From positions 758,289 through 822,288 of the forward strand of contig QPGO01000014.1 in the NCBI GenBank assembly GCA_008632985.1: 64,000 nucleotides of DNA, read 5' to 3'. This document shows positions 34,524-48,198 of this stretch, in pieces. Below the pieces are notes generated by a model, which worked only from the letters and a program-made list of their open reading frames with translations, had not been told where the DNA came from and searched no databases. This DNA comes from Psammoneis japonica (lineage: Eukaryota). The first letter of the stretch is position 1. Each line of letters opens with the position of its first letter. A program made the position numbers and the translations under genes.

Positions 34524-37500
34524 ATGGCGGCAAAGAGAGTTCCTGCAAATGTTTCAGAAACCGGCGACGAAACGACAATTGGTCTTCTACCACGAGGGAG
34601 TAGCTGTGCTGCTGAAACGAGATGCCAGTCGATTGGTCCATTTTCTGCTGCTTGTAAAGAGAGTGATGAAATCGGTTTTCTTTACTTGGACAATTGCACC
34701 GTCGTCGTTGCATCATCTTCCAAAACGCCCGAGGTTACGACGGGAGTTTGGCACACGGTAGACGTGGAACGCCAACATGTCGTCTCTCAAGCGGTTCCAT
34801 ATCGAAAGTATCAAAGAGTCATGACACCGACGGGGAATCTCCTACTTGCACTCGCTGTAACCTTGTTCTACAGATAGCTGGAACTCGCACCAACACTTCG
34901 TCGAAAAGAGAAGGCGCTGGCACTGCCGATGGGCTCCCCGAAAATATGTATCTTACAATAAGTGACGATACACCTCGCTTTGATGGAGCAATTGGAAATG
35001 CTGTCTGCAAACCGAGTTCGTGTTGCTCTCCACATGGTTGCAACCGCAGGTCTGATGCATCCTTGTTGACCGGTCTTGCCTTGATGTGCCAAGATTACGG
35101 GCACGTGAAAGTACGAAACATTGGCATTCTGCTCTACAAACAGGCACACGACATGAAATTGGCTACGGATGAGCCATCTTGTGCGAGTTATCGAGCAGCA
35201 CTCGTGATTTCTGTTGCGATTCCTTCTCTCATGATGCCCATCAACCCCGAACGGGACCAACCACGAAGCGCACGCCAAAAAAGGAGAAGTGCTCCAACCA
35301 AAATGTTACCTCCCTGTACCCAACTTCTTTTCTCCATTGTTCGAAGTGACTGGGTTCACCTATTTAAACAAATGGATGAAGCGAGGTTGTTTCAGGTTGA
35401 CTACCAAAAGCACCAAAACATGTTTCCTGCTTCCATGTCACTTGAGGAGGTACGAGCCACTCTACTCTAGACAACGCCGGCGTCAGTGATATCATTTTGT
35501 ATTTCTCATTTTGGTTAATTTCGTGTTTCTATTCATTCTACTGTGCAGCTCTACCTTCGCTTGCAAGGATCGGCCAGTCATGCGCACAAGTCTATCCCCT
35601 TTGACTCGTCCAAGACATTGACAAGCAATCAAGACGAATCATCTGGAAAATTTTCTTTAAAGGCTGTGCCCGAGGATATTTTCTGGACCAATGTGACTCC
35701 CTATTTAAAAGCAAAGTCACTTGACTCTCTTCGGTGCACATGCTTGCATTTTCATCGAATTCTCCGCTCTGCCGTTCCTGGCTTGAAGCTTCGGCTCTAC
35801 AGGCACCAAATCAAGTCTTTGGATTGGATGAGACGACGAGAAGTTAGAGTACTAGAAGAAAAGGATATCTTGAAACACGCCTCTGATGACTGTCCTGACA
35901 TCTGTGTGGAAGGTGAAGCTGATTTGCATAGAGCCATATCGGGAGGAGCGTCGGTAAAGCTAGAAGTTAGACCTGGATCTGAGTTGCAATTCTCTCAAGG
36001 AAAAACGAGAGTGATACGAATAGATCCTCGTTATGGAAATGCAGGTAAAATCAGTCAGATTGAGGAAGCTGGAGTATCCAGAAAGGTTGCACGAGGAGGG
36101 CTTTTATGCGACGATCCAGGCCTGGGCAAGACAATTACAGTACTCTCTTTAGTTCTCCAAACGTTTGGATTGACAACAACAACAAAATCCACCTCGTCGA
36201 AGGCCGGAAATGACAGAACGAGCAAAGACAGAATCAACGACGAGATTTTTTACGCTTATTGGAAGGAGCAGGTTACTTCTTGCTTTCGAAAGCCGGAGTT
36301 GAACAAGCTGATTGTCTATCTTGCAAGACAATGTCCCGATGATTCATGGTATTTTTCATTTCCTGTCGATCCCATAAAGCATGATCTTCCTAACTACGCG
36401 GACGTTGTTCACCATCCTATCTGCTTCAAAGACATTTCAGAAAGGATACAGAAGGACGAATATGGGACGGACTTTGATCGTTTCTGCGAGGATGTGAAGC
36501 TATGTTTCAGGTAAGATCTATCGCCTACTACTTTGTTCAACATCATAGGCGCCTAACGTTGTCATATGCTTTCTTTGACAAACCATCAGTAATGCCACAT
36601 TGTATTATCCTAGCGACAACCCAATAAGTCTTGCAGCCGGGCGGTTGTCTACGAAATTCGAGGAGCTGGTGGCTGAATTTAAAGAGAGGAATGTTCAGTC
36701 GGCGAAACGGTCATTTTCCAGTGCTGTATCAAAGCCAAATAGCTCTGTAGCTTCGATTCTTGAACGACGATCTAAGCAGAGACTGATTGAGTCTTTGGTC
36801 CAGTCATCCGCAACGCTTCTTGTCGTCCCAGGTGTGCTTTTAAACCATTGGCAGGTACGTGTTCTTTGTTTTTAATCAGTTTCGGCATCTACCCGAGACG
36901 AATCCTAATGAATTCCTCCCTCCGTCTTTCGTCAGGAGCAACTCAGCCTATACATGGACACAGCATACCTCACGAGCAAGATTCCCATTGTCTTTCACTT
37001 CGGTCGGGACACTCGTGATGGCATGAGTGCGGTTGACGTAATGCATTTTTCACAAATGAAAACTCATTGCCCCCTTATATTTATCGACCATTCACCTGCG
37101 AAGCCGCTCCCACGACCTGAGTTTCTTGCCATGTTTTCCATTGTCATCACCACCAACCAAAGACTTTCAAATGAGTGGAAGCATGGCAGTTTCAGTGACG
37201 AGCTGAAGCAAGCTGACGGAGACGCACTTGGAACCATTCTTAGTAATCCCGAAACGGCTTGTCCTCTGTTAAAAGTAAGATGGCTTCGTCTGGTCGTCGA
37301 TGAAGGACATGCCATGGGTCGAGGGACGAACAACAATTCGATACGCTTTGCGTCGTGGATTGAGGCAGAGCGTCGATGGGCAATGACTGGAACTCCGACC
37401 CCCCAAACCGTGTCTCAAAGTGGGCTGAACAATTTGAGGGGGCTCATGGTCTTTCTCCAACATGAACTATTCTCTGCTCGTCTCGACGGAGACAAAATAT

Positions 37501-39227
37501 GGCAGCTTTCAATTGCACGAGGGTGGAAAGATGGTCAGTTGGCTTCGTTCTTCCGTCTCAAGTCGCTCCTGTTGCTCCTCATGGTGCGCCACACGAAAGA
37601 TGATATTGAAGAACTATCTCCTCCCAATTTCCATCATAAGCTATCTCGGATGAGCCAAGAAGAAATAACTGCATACAACACTTTGGTTTGCGCTATTCAG
37701 TCCAATCTCATCACTACTGCTATGGAGGGTAAAACATCAGGAAAACAGGATTCGCTATTACATCGTGGTCAGCTGAAGCATGCTCGAACGGCATTTTCCA
37801 ATTTACGGTTGGCTTGTGCAGGGGGAACTCGAGTCATACCAACAGTGACGCGCAAACATTGGGACGAAACATTGTCGTTGCTGACGAGACATGGCGTCAC
37901 CGGAATTAAGCTTCAGCTAGTCGGGAATTTTCTTCATCGGGCTGTTACGGAGCAGCTTTCTGGCTGTATGTGTTGCGGTCTGCAGCTTAGTACATTGATG
38001 GTATTGCCGTGCGGGGATTTAATATGTACTGAGTGCATGGATAGTCAAACTAGATGCTGTCCTCTCTGCGACGAGCAGTTTGATGTGGATGAGTTTCAAT
38101 TGTTGCAGCCGGGAATAGAGTACACTTGGAAGTTTAACCTCGACGAAGAGAAGGAAAAAGAGAAACTTAAACAGTTTGCTCAAACGAATGATGCAATGGA
38201 ACAAGCGAGCGATTCAGATACAGAAACAGCCGCCCCCGGTTACGGGGAAGTGTTGATGCACGATGACGTGTCTGGGCCCGTCGCGATCCAGCCAGCTCCT
38301 GTCCCAACGAGAAGAACACGGCGCCGAGGGGATGGGCATGTTTGTGAATACCATCGCGCAGCGACAGATGGCACCTGCAGGTTGTGCCTTGAGGAGCATG
38401 ACGAATGCGTCATGCTAAACAAAGGGTCCATGTGCAGTGTATGCTTTCGCACACCCGAACCATGCCCTGTCGAAGAGTCCAAGTTCCATTACGTTACCAA
38501 GAAATTGGAACAGCTCGTTCTCGGTCAAAAAGTTCAACAGGCTTCAGGAGCTGCTTCCCGTCTTGTAGGAGAGGCAGTCATTGCGGAGACCATCAGACCC
38601 GTCAAAGTCATTATATTTTCCCAGTTTCGTCCAATTTTAAATTTGGCGGGGCATCGTTTGATTCGCAGGTTCGGTAGGGCCTGCATAGCTGAATATTGGG
38701 GATACTTAAGGAAGCAAGAGCTGGCAAAGTTTGTGAAGTCGAGAGACTGTTTCTGCATGCTTTTGGGGAAGGATGGGAGCGAGGGATTGGACTTAAGTTT
38801 TGTGACACATATTTTCTTTCTAGATAAATGTTGGGACAAGTCACTAGAAGACCAGGTGATTGCCCGCGCATATCGTATGGGGGCGAAGGGTCATGTAGAA
38901 GTGGAAACACTTGTGTCGAAACACAGTGTAGAACAGAGCATGCTGGAAATAGAAGAATCGCTGTCAAACTCTCAGCCTCAGGGTGGTGTCAGTGAACAGG
39001 CCGGCGACGTGGATGGTGTTGAATCGCTGACATCTCTTGCTGGTGCTGCAAAGGAATACCAACGAGCAAAACTGCACTTTCTGCTGAAGAACCTAAAAAT
39101 CATCAAGGGTGGTAACTTTCGGGTGGACGTTGAGCGGAAACGAAAAGTCGAAAGTCTGAAGATGGACGGAACGGCGAATGATTATTCGAGCGATCGTATA
39201 AAGAAGGTTCGCTTTGCAGCCGGATGA
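34524..39227 (+). CDS. SNF2 (Rad5/16-like) helicase with F-box-like motif, bromodomain insert and RING finger; multi-exon
   Basis: VPEDIFW.NV.PYL...SLDSLRCTC (F-box-like); LYRHQ..LDWM..RE; RGGLLCDDPGLGKT; FSFPVDP...LPNY..VV.HPI...D.KLCF-N (bromodomain); LVVDEGH; RWAMTGTP; CMCC..LPCG.LIC..C...CPLC; IIFSQF, EGLDLS, QVIARAYRMG. GT-AG introns at ~35450-35548, 36511-36589, 36856-36936. 5' exon structure uncertain. Confidence 0.88.
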
Positions 39228-39683
39228 AGAAAATACGGAAATTTATCGTCAGTTGGCGTGGTATTATAGATAGTGGTACAGGGTTAGCTTGTCTAGAGAA
39301 AATACATTTTGCCACTACCTTCTCTGTTTCGCAATAACTCTTGTAAATGCTCCACTCATAAATTCATTCATATTGTTCCCTTTTGGTAGTTTTGCCACGT
39401 CGTAGACCCCGAAGAGTCCTGCCGCCCTTGAATTCTGACACAACGCGTCCAGGCAAATCTGGGAGAACAATGCGGCAAGAGAGTCAAACATGGCATTCTC
39501 CGAACCAACTGCCATATGATAAAATCATTGGTGATCTCTGGATGTCAATTGTTGGTCCCAGTAGTACTTGCTTCAAGCCCTGATCATCTGGAACTGCATT
39601 ACCGTCCAATCACTTGACGAGCGATTATTCTCAAAAAGTATGTCATGAGAATAGAGCGGCAATAAGGTCCTCTAGAGTATTCT

Positions 39684-41423
39684 TTAGATCTTGCCTCTGC
39701 CAAGGATGAAGGGCACTGCGCAATCAATGAGATTCAGCTCAGGTTCGAGCGACCTTCCCAGCCCCTCCAAGACCAATGTACTGATCACAATATTTGCCAT
39801 AGAGGGATCAACTTCAACGCCATGTGTCCGGCATAGATCCAAGACGCGGTTCAAGAGCGATCCAATCTTCACTGCTCCCAAGGTTAGACCCTTCTTTCTT
39901 CGATCATGAAATTCAGAAACAATGGCCTGTACTCCATGAGCGAACGAGTCGACACAACCCTCAGTCTCACTGCAAACTTCATACTGCGCCCTCGACACCA
40001 TTAAGCGCCCGGCACGATCGCCATCATTTAGAACAACCGCTTTGAACAAGTCGCGCAGATTCTTCTGGTCATTACTTGTCAACGACATGGCAATACCGGT
40101 ATCAACAAAGACAATTTTATTCTTGCTCTTCCCTTGGTCGGTTCGTTCGGTTTGTACAAAGACATTTCCAGGATGCAAATCACAATGGACAAAGTTATCC
40201 ACAAAGACCATTTTCAAAAATGCGCGCAACAGGGGGCCTGCCAGTTCTTTGCGACGCTTCAGTCCTTCCTTTGTTTCGTCCTGAAGGTACTCTCCAATGG
40301 GCTTGCAATCCTCGATCAACTCTTGCACCAAGACATTCGATGTAACCCAACCTTCCATTGTTTTTGGGAACGAAACGGACGACGCGAAGGCTTGTGCTTC
40401 TTCTTGTGATTCATCCTTGCCAAAAAAGTTTTGTCGAAAAGTTATGAGATTCCGTCCTTCAACACGCAAGTCAGCCTGGAGGCGAAGAAGCTTTCCAAAG
40501 TTTCGAGCCACTTGTGGCAGATTCACATACTCAAAATAGTTTCCAAGGAACGGTGCATTATGGAGAAATCGAGCGACGGACTCCATAAACTTCAAATCCC
40601 ATTCGATCCATTCTTCAAATCTCGGGTGAAGTATCTTGATTGCCACTGGTCTTGTATTATTGTCAGGAGTGACGAGGTGACCTCTATACACTTGAGCCGC
40701 AGATCCACATCCAATAACGTCGTGTTTCTCAACCTGCAGACCCAATTCTCGATAGTTGTCTCCGAAAGCCTTTTTCAAGACCTTGTGCGTGTGTGCCCAA
40801 GAATGTGTGAAACCTCGGTCATGAAATTTTGCAAAGTGGTTGCACAGAGTGGGAGGAAACAAATCTCGTCTAGTTGCAATCCATTGCGCTAGTTTGACAA
40901 AACATGGGCCCAAGGCGTGGATTTGTTGCAAGGTGAACCACCATGTCAATCGAGAAATTGGATTATCCTCAGCAGACTCAAAGAGACGAGACGATGCGAC
41001 GCTCGCTGGTCCCAAGATCAGGATGGGTGACATTCTTAACGCAACTTCGGTAGAGCGCAAAGACACAACCCATATTTCCCACAAACGCTGAAAGAAATGC
41101 CTTATTCGACGCGCCGTTCGATGAATCAAGCCTCTGTCTCTCTCGACTATAATAGTGCTGCATGCAAGCGGTGTGCAAACTCGTGGCTGCAATGCCTCTT
41201 TTCTTCTTGTATTCCAGGTTTCTTGGCTACAATGTTGAGAGATAGATATCAAACCGTTGTTGTACCGCAGTGTAGGGGTGGCGAAACACTTGTTGTATGT
41301 TGTTGACCTTCCTGTCCACGTGTGACCAAGCCGTTGCCGACTCCTCCCAGATGTTGTGTGACCTTTCAACTGTGGCGACAAGCTCTTCCGTGATGCTCTC
41401 AGCATTCCTGATATATATAACAT
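39684..41423 (-). CDS. ABC1/UbiB (ADCK2-like) atypical kinase, probably mitochondrial
   Basis: GPCFVKLAQWIATRRDLFP, IGCGSAAQVY, VAIKILHP, FVHCDLHPGN, LVLEGLGRSL. Arg/Ser-rich N-terminus. Confidence 0.93.
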   Translation of the reverse strand: MLYISGMLRASRKSLSPQLKGHTTSGRSRQRLGHTWTGRSTTYNKCFATPTLRYNNGLISISQHCSQETWNTRRKEALQPRVCTPLACSTIIVERDRGLIHRTARRIRHFFQRLWEIWVVSLRSTEVALRMSPILILGPASVASSRLFESAEDNPISRLTWWFTLQQIHALGPCFVKLAQWIATRRDLFPPTLCNHFAKFHDRGFTHSWAHTHKVLKKAFGDNYRELGLQVEKHDVIGCGSAAQVYRGHLVTPDNNTRPVAIKILHPRFEEWIEWDLKFMESVARFLHNAPFLGNYFEYVNLPQVARNFGKLLRLQADLRVEGRNLITFRQNFFGKDESQEEAQAFASSVSFPKTMEGWVTSNVLVQELIEDCKPIGEYLQDETKEGLKRRKELAGPLLRAFLKMVFVDNFVHCDLHPGNVFVQTERTDQGKSKNKIVFVDTGIAMSLTSNDQKNLRDLFKAVVLNDGDRAGRLMVSRAQYEVCSETEGCVDSFAHGVQAIVSEFHDRRKKGLTLGAVKIGSLLNRVLDLCRTHGVEVDPSMANIVISTLVLEGLGRSLEPELNLIDCAVPFILGRGKI

Positions 41424-41819
41424 ATTATGTTTGACGGTAACCTTGTCGGCTTGCCTGCTTACTCTCTAGAGAGAGGAGTCTGAGAGTATCAATGAAAGAA
41501 CGCCATTGCGTCAGCTTGAAGCGACCGACGATCATCGGCATGCGATGTGCGCCGTGTGACGTCATCGGATACGGTCCGCCCGTCCGTCCACGAGCGTCCG
41601 TCATACGTCCGTGCCGAACGAAATACGTCCGTCCGTCAACCAGGCACACAGACGTCTGCACATCGCTCGTCAATCTTCTCTGACCCTCATTCATCATCGC
41701 ATTCGACCATGTCGTCGGCGCTCGACGACCTCCATCACAAATCACGACGGTGCGAGTTGGAGTGTCCTGTACCATAAAGTTTGAAGACCTTTCATTACAG
41801 CAGTGCGTCCAAAGCAACA

Positions 41820-42381
41820 ATGCCTCTCAAATTCACAAAGGATGTGTCCACACATTTGTTCAAATACGTGAAGAGCGTCGATGTGAAGTTCAATCGTAAG
41901 AGAGAGAAGTTTGCTGATTGCAATGGATATGGCACCTACTTTTTTTCAGTTGTCTCACGTCCTGTTGTTTCGTTACTCTATTCTACCTGTATCTTCAGCC
42001 TTTGATTCAAGGACACGCTCAGCACGAGAATTGCTGCGTCAAGTTCAAGCAGAGCGGTTTAAGCAAGCTAATCCCAATTTGCGCGTGCAAGCAATAGTGG
42101 TTGCTACGCCAGATCCTCCCACCGTCAAGTTTGAATTCGTAAATGATACCGAGGTGAGGAGAAACCGTGCTGCATATTGCTGAACAGATTTCTTAGTTTC
42201 TCGACGTATTTTGTAAGTATTCACTGACATTTTCAATTTTTTATCCCTTGGTATTTTCATTTCACAGCAAATCTTTGATAGCAAAGAGTTTGTATGCTCG
42301 GAAATGATGCAACAGGTTTTTCTGCATACGATGAGTATCAACAACGAGTACGAAATGGCTGGTAAATCAGTAGACGATTAA
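41820..42381 (+). CDS. Probable mitochondrial ribosomal protein mL53; 3 exons (~41820-41895, 41999-42153, 42268-42381)
   Basis: Spliced product KYVKSVDVKFNPFDSRTRSARELL...NPNL......PPTVKFEFVND fits the mL53 pattern. Two GT-AG introns. Confidence 0.75.
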
Positions 42382-42477
42382 TAAAAATAGAGAAAAAGGG
42401 AAGCGGCATCATCTTAATTTCAGTAAGAACTACCTGTTTCTGTAACTCTCACAGAACGGTGGAACTTCATTTTTCAG

Positions 42478-43523
42478 TTACATCCCAAAGCCACCAAACT
42501 GGTTGACAAGTTCTTCTGTTTTGTCTTGAAACTTCTTGGCCTTCTCCGGATCTGCGGGAACGCCGTCGTCGCCTTGTGTGTACATCACGGCCAAGTTGTA
42601 ACACGAGGGAGCGTGGCCGCTAACCATACATGCTTGTTGTAAAATACTCTCTGCCCTAGGAGGATCGCGTTGCAGCACTTTTCGATTCTTTGGCTCTTTG
42701 ATAGCTCGTCAGCCTCATGTTCTCGTTTTTGGATTTCTTTCAGCCCCCGTGCTTCGTCAGGACTAACGTTGGTGGCTTCTGGTGTGACGCGGTCACCCCT
42801 CAGCAGCATTGTCGCCAACGTAAAGCAGCTGATCGAGTCTCCGTTGTCACAGACACGTTGCAGTAAATCCGATGCTTTCTTTGGATCATATGGATCTTTG
42901 GACCGAGAGCACCAGGTGGTTCACTTGAGAGCATCTTGGCTTGATAGTGACACGCACCACCGTGTCCTCCTCGACATGCACGATCAAAGAGCTGGTATGC
43001 GCGAGTGCGATCAAAAGTGGTCCACCTTTTCCTGTCATGTTCATTTGTGCCAAGTTGAAACAAGCTGGGGGATAGGCCTTGGTCTTGTCAACCAAGACAC
43101 CATTGGGAGATTTGTCCGTTTTCGGGCGAAAGCAAGTTTGCTCATACAACTCAGCGGCTTCTTTGTGCTTACGCTCAAACAAGGATAAGAACTCTGCTGT
43201 AGCAAAGCACGAGACCATAGGCCCGCGCCCATTGTTGCAAGCATCCTTGTAATCCTGAACCTGTTGCTTTGACTCTTCGTCGATAACGCTGGGCAGCTCG
43301 GCAGCAATCTGGTCCATCAAATCATACTCATGACCTGTAGGAGTAGGAAACATGGATGGATCCTGCTGGCTGTCTTGAGCATCGTCCTCCATGAATATGG
43401 AGTGTCCAACACCTTTGATTCTATTTTGCTTTCGCCACCAGTTTTATGCTTGCCTGCCTTTGTCGCCGACACGGGCGTTACATTGGCTGCCGCGACGTCC
43501 GCTTTTGATTGACTAGTACCCAT
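42478..43523 (-). CDS. Sel1-repeat protein, COA7-like (several apparent frameshifts)
   Basis: Cys-containing Sel1 repeats ACFNLAQM..TGKGG, AC..GHGGAC, SCFTLATM, SCYNLAVMY.QGDDGV spread across 4-5 overlapping ORFs. Confidence 0.75.
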
Positions 43524-43799
43524 CGTTATTGTCCTTCAAAACCTTACGTCAAGAAGTTCAAAACCGATTCTTCTAAAACCAACAATCCAACAGAACAATG
43601 AAGCTTCAATTCAACAGGAAGCAGGCAATGAGTGGATCGTGGTGCATCAAGTGGCGACCGTATTGTTGCTGTTTCAGCGAGTGGCAGAAAAGTGAAAACT
43701 GAGCTGGCGTGATGGGTGATGGGTCGCGAGTAAGTCGTGAGTCGTGAGAGCGCGGTGATGGGAACCGACGTGAAAGCAAGAAAGGTGGAGGTACGCAGT

Positions 43800-46600
43800 C
43801 CCCGACACGACACCGCGGCTGTGTGGTTGTTCTGTGCCTGGTGACTGGGGAAAACACCTGGGGACATTGGCACTCTGGCGGCAGGGAGAAAGTTGCCACT
43901 GCAAGCATTCATTGAGTGAACTTGTGCATGATGGGCTCAGCTGGGAGAGATGACAAAAATGATGCAGAAGCATCTTGTCATCAAGGCAAAAAGCAACAAA
44001 CACCGCCTTTGGCCAAATTGGTGTCAATGCAGGCACAAGAAGAAAGGAGGGCCATGGCAAGGCTGAGGCACTGAGGTGCCACAGAGTGGAGATGTCAGAA
44101 GCACTGAAAACCCAAATTGGCCAGACAAGAGAAGTGATGGCCAAGCAAAGGAGGCTTGGTCATGTGGGCTGGCTGGATGCTGTGGCGATGCGGGAAAAAT
44201 GCTGGACATGGCATCGTGGGAAGCTGCCAGAAAAGAAGGTGGCTGAGACAATCCCATGGGAGATCTTGTGTCTGCCCAGCAGATTGACAGGTCTCTGCAA
44301 GCAAAGTGATTGGAAAGGACTCTGCAGTTGTGTGCATTCGCTGCAATCAACCCGGCGACAGGATGGTTGGTCAAGATTGTGGAAGCATCTCAACAACAAA
44401 TCTGGCCATGTGGGTGCCCATGGCCAAGCAAGGCAACATGTGACCACAGCACAGACTTTCAGCAGAGTTCAGCCAGACAATCCAAAATGACTGTGGTGCC
44501 AAGAAGCAGAGGCCGTGAGGAGAGGCGCAAAGTCCACAGGCAAATGCCACCATGGAACACACACACACCAGATGCTTGGAAATGTGGCACATTCATTTTC
44601 AGCACAGAACACAGAATTGGATAAGAAAGACCCATGGAGCAGCACCCTTTCAGCCACAGCTTTCACCACACACACCACAGCATGGGAAAATCCAGCGCAG
44701 CTGGTCTTTGGGTGCAATGCAGTTTTGTGTCTGTTGCCCATCATGACAAGTGAAGTGTGTCCAAGACAGAAAGCAGAAGCTGACATGCTCAAATGCCAAT
44801 GTGAGAGCACAAGACAGAAAAAGCACTGACACACCCCATGGCAGTTGGTGCTTGTCAAACAAGAACAAAAAAAAAATGTGGGGCTGACTGTTGTGCTGGT
44901 CCTGCCAGAGTTGTCTGTGCAAATGACAACAGCACACCATGCACACCAGCAAGGGCATCTTGCCACTTGTCATCCTGAGTCATGGGGGAGTGTGCAGTGT
45001 GTGCCTTGCTGGCAACATGGCAAGACAGTGCAGCCCCATGTGGTGCACACTGCAGCAGTGTCAGCACACACCATGGAAGCACAGGGGTTCCCTGTGGCTT
45101 GATGACCCAGGTGTTTCAGATGAGAACCAAGCAAGTGTCCATGCACATGCACATTGATTGGCCATTGATTGTCAAACTTTGGGTTGACAAGAGAACAAGC
45201 TGAGAATGCTGCCCTGAAAGGAAAAGCAACTGGCTCATCAGGAGCAACTGTGCTCATCAGAAAGGGCAGGCTGAACTTGACAAGAAACACCCACCTGAGC
45301 TGTGTTGTTGTTCAGCGCAAAAGGACACAAAAGCAACTTCAAAATGAGAGGCAAATGCAAAAATGCAGCAGCACTGCCCCAGGCACCACCAAGGGCCAAG
45401 GCCAAAGCCACATTTCACAAACATCCTGACCTTGAGTTGCTTGTGCTCATCAGGATGTGCAAAACACTTGCAAGCTGCAACTTGAATGATCAGGAGAATG
45501 TTGATCAAATCATGGTGTTGCTGTTGTGTGACTCTCAAGTTTGCACTGTGATGAGATGGGTCCTCAATGTGCCAGTGCATGCCTTGGCCAGTCAATGCAT
45601 GGTTGGCAGTCAGAAGCTGCTTCCCCTTTGTTTGTCGCACAGCTGCCTGAAACTGTTCCCATGCCTTGCATGGGGAGCAACATCAGGTGACATTTGAGGC
45701 GGCATTTGTTGGGCAGGAATGTCACCCTTTGTGCCCACATGCTGCCATTCCCTGATCATTTGGGTCAAAGAATCCCACCATCTGCAAGGCTGGATCAGCA
45801 GCTGGCTGCCGGTCCATGTGTTGTGTTGCACAGGACGCACCCTTGTGCTGACAGCAATGTGGCATGGGTCATGGGGGCCATGTGACAGAGTGGGGCAATT
45901 GCCCACAGAGTGCATCACCCACAGTGTGTTTCACACAAGTGCATGGTGGGCATTCCCACCACCAAACGGTGATGGCAACACACCCAGGCATGTGGACTGG
46001 TGTGTCATGCAGTGTGTGGTGTCCACATGCAACCCCAGACAACCCCTGCTGCTGGGGCATCAGCGTGGTCTTCCACTGTCATGACTTGGGGCATGGGGGT
46101 GCACTCCATGCATCCCTTGAAAGGGCCCTTTGGTGGTGCGAGCAAAGTGCTGACAATGGGGGGCATCCTGTTGCCACAAGGCTGCTGGCCCAAAACCTGC
46201 TGGTTGTGTCGCACAGAGGCGTGGCGGCTGCTGTTCTGGTGGGAGCTGGCGGGGCACTGCCTGCACCAGTGGCTGATGTTGCAGTGGCTGCAGTGCCACT
46301 TGGGCTGACACCAGCTGCTGTGGTGGTGGTTGCTGCTGTTGCCATGCAGCTGTGGCCATGCCACCCGTTTCGATGGCTGCAAGCCACCTGCACCAGCAAC
46401 AGCCGGCGGTGCCGCTCCTCCTGCTCCTTGGTGGTCTGCCACAGCAAACAAGGAGAGTGGAAGGGCATGCCAAAGGTGGGCCTGTCTTCATCCTTTCAAG
46501 TCATCTGCTCATTGTTGTCATTGCAACGACAACAAAGAATGACGAGCGTTGGTCAGATGAACAGAACAGAAGGACAGGAGGCATTCGGGCGCCTGTCCGT
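43800..46600. mobile_element. Block D: decayed TE fragments
   Basis: TpA/CpG-depleted. Contains a Gypsy integrase/LTR relic, and a Gln/Ala-rich segment loosely similar to 60750-61560. Confidence 0.7.
44160..45060 (+). mobile_element. Older Gypsy relic related to Gypsy 2 (integrase, PPT, LTR start)
   Basis: IPWEILC, INPATGW, DPWSSTLSATAF, PAQLVFG. catgggggagtg-tgcagtgtg at 44981 equals the PPT/LTR junction of Gypsy 2 (reverse complement of 54877-54897). Confidence 0.85.
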
Positions 46601-46676
46601 GGACTCGGGCTGATCGATCTGGAGACTGCGGAGATAGATTTGGGATTAGGCCTTCGCGATCGCTTGTCAGAAAACC

Positions 46677-47975
46677 ATGGCGACCATGGCGGCTCCTGCC
46701 GACAGGAAGAGGGGAAATGGGCGCAAGGGGTACCTTTCGTCCATCTTCTTGACCGGACTGTCTGCTTGCTTGTTGGATGGGGTCTAGGTGTGGGCTTTTC
46801 CTTGCCATGATGCAGCTTGATGGCAGCAAGGCAAACCGCTACTACAATCTTCATCCACTCATCGCCGGCAATGCACAGCAAAATGCCAATAGTAGTAGGG
46901 GAGCGAAAACAACTCTAAATCAACAAAGCAGGCAACCTCTTGTCCTCCCCCTTCCACACTGTGTCAAGTATTCTCATCGTCCCGTGGAACATCTCAAGTT
47001 GCACAACGTGACCATCGAACCTTGGATGTTGCCCGTTGTGAAAATGTCCTTTCTCAAGAAGTCAACATTATCCCGTCATGATGGTCTCTATGCATTTGAA
47101 ACGTATCTACAAGGATTTGAGGGTAGCGTTACCTTTACGTGGATTGCAATTCTGAATCGCTTGGCATCGAGACACAACGACCACATTGTGTTGGATGCAG
47201 GTATGAACACTGGCTTTTATACTACACTCACGGCAGTCATGGGCTTTTCGGTACATGCTTTTGATATTCAGCTGGACTGTTTTGATGTTGCTAGTTTACT
47301 TTTGAAAGGAAATGGTGTCGAATCAAACTGTAACTTTTATCATTTAGGATTGTGGTCCAATCGCTCGACAATGACAGTGCAGGAAGGCTGCGATCCTGGG
47401 AGAGGTGTGGACAATTATCAAGAAAGGACAATAGGTACGGACGTGTGGGATCATCGAACACACAATGTCACTGTTTTGCCACTCGACACTTTCTTGGACT
47501 CGGTGGACGACAACAAGCGGATTGCCATTCTCAAAATGGATATTGAAGGATCGGAAATTTATGCCTTACAAGGACTATCCACGCATTACCTCTCGCTTGT
47601 ACAAAACATTATTATGGAATGTGCCTTGCAACGAATTAGACGAGTTGGTTCCACGATGGAACAAACAATATACGAGTTTGAGCGATTAGAACAGAGTGGT
47701 TTACGGCATACCTGCTGCACCAGCCGAGGATACCTAGGAAGGACTGGCGGAATGAAGATCATTTAGTAGAAACATGGGGAGTCCATGCTCTGCCATCCTT
47801 CCACCCGGTTCTTGGCGCATCGATGGTCAATCAAACAATTGACAATTTGTCGTCGAACGTGATCCTTTGGAAGGTCGCGGATTGGAACATTCTCTTAACG
47901 AAAGGAGCTTGTGGGTTAGCCTGCAACCTGTTCTTCACCAAGATGTCTGCCAATCGTCACTTGCCTCCGAGATGA
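46677..47975 (+). CDS. FkbM-family SAM-dependent methyltransferase (apparent frameshifts near both ends)
   Basis: VLDAGMNTGFYT, VHAFD, V.VLPLDTF, ILKMDIEGSE..AL.G. The C-terminus continues after a 1-bp shift at ~47700. Start uncertain. Confidence 0.85.
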
Positions 47976-48198
47976 TGGAAGATAGTAACTACTACAGTGT
48001 CTGCATATCAGCAAATGGCAAAAGTCGTCTTGTTACGTTCTTTTATTGTGACGCGTTGGTGCTTAGGGAGTCTTTTTACCCAGCTTGCCTCTATCACGTC
48101 ACGCACTATTACCTGTGTGAACTGCTACTACGTGCCGCCATTAGATGCAACTCAACTGAAAATTAACGCATTGGTTGCGTCTCTCTATCTACAGAGTA

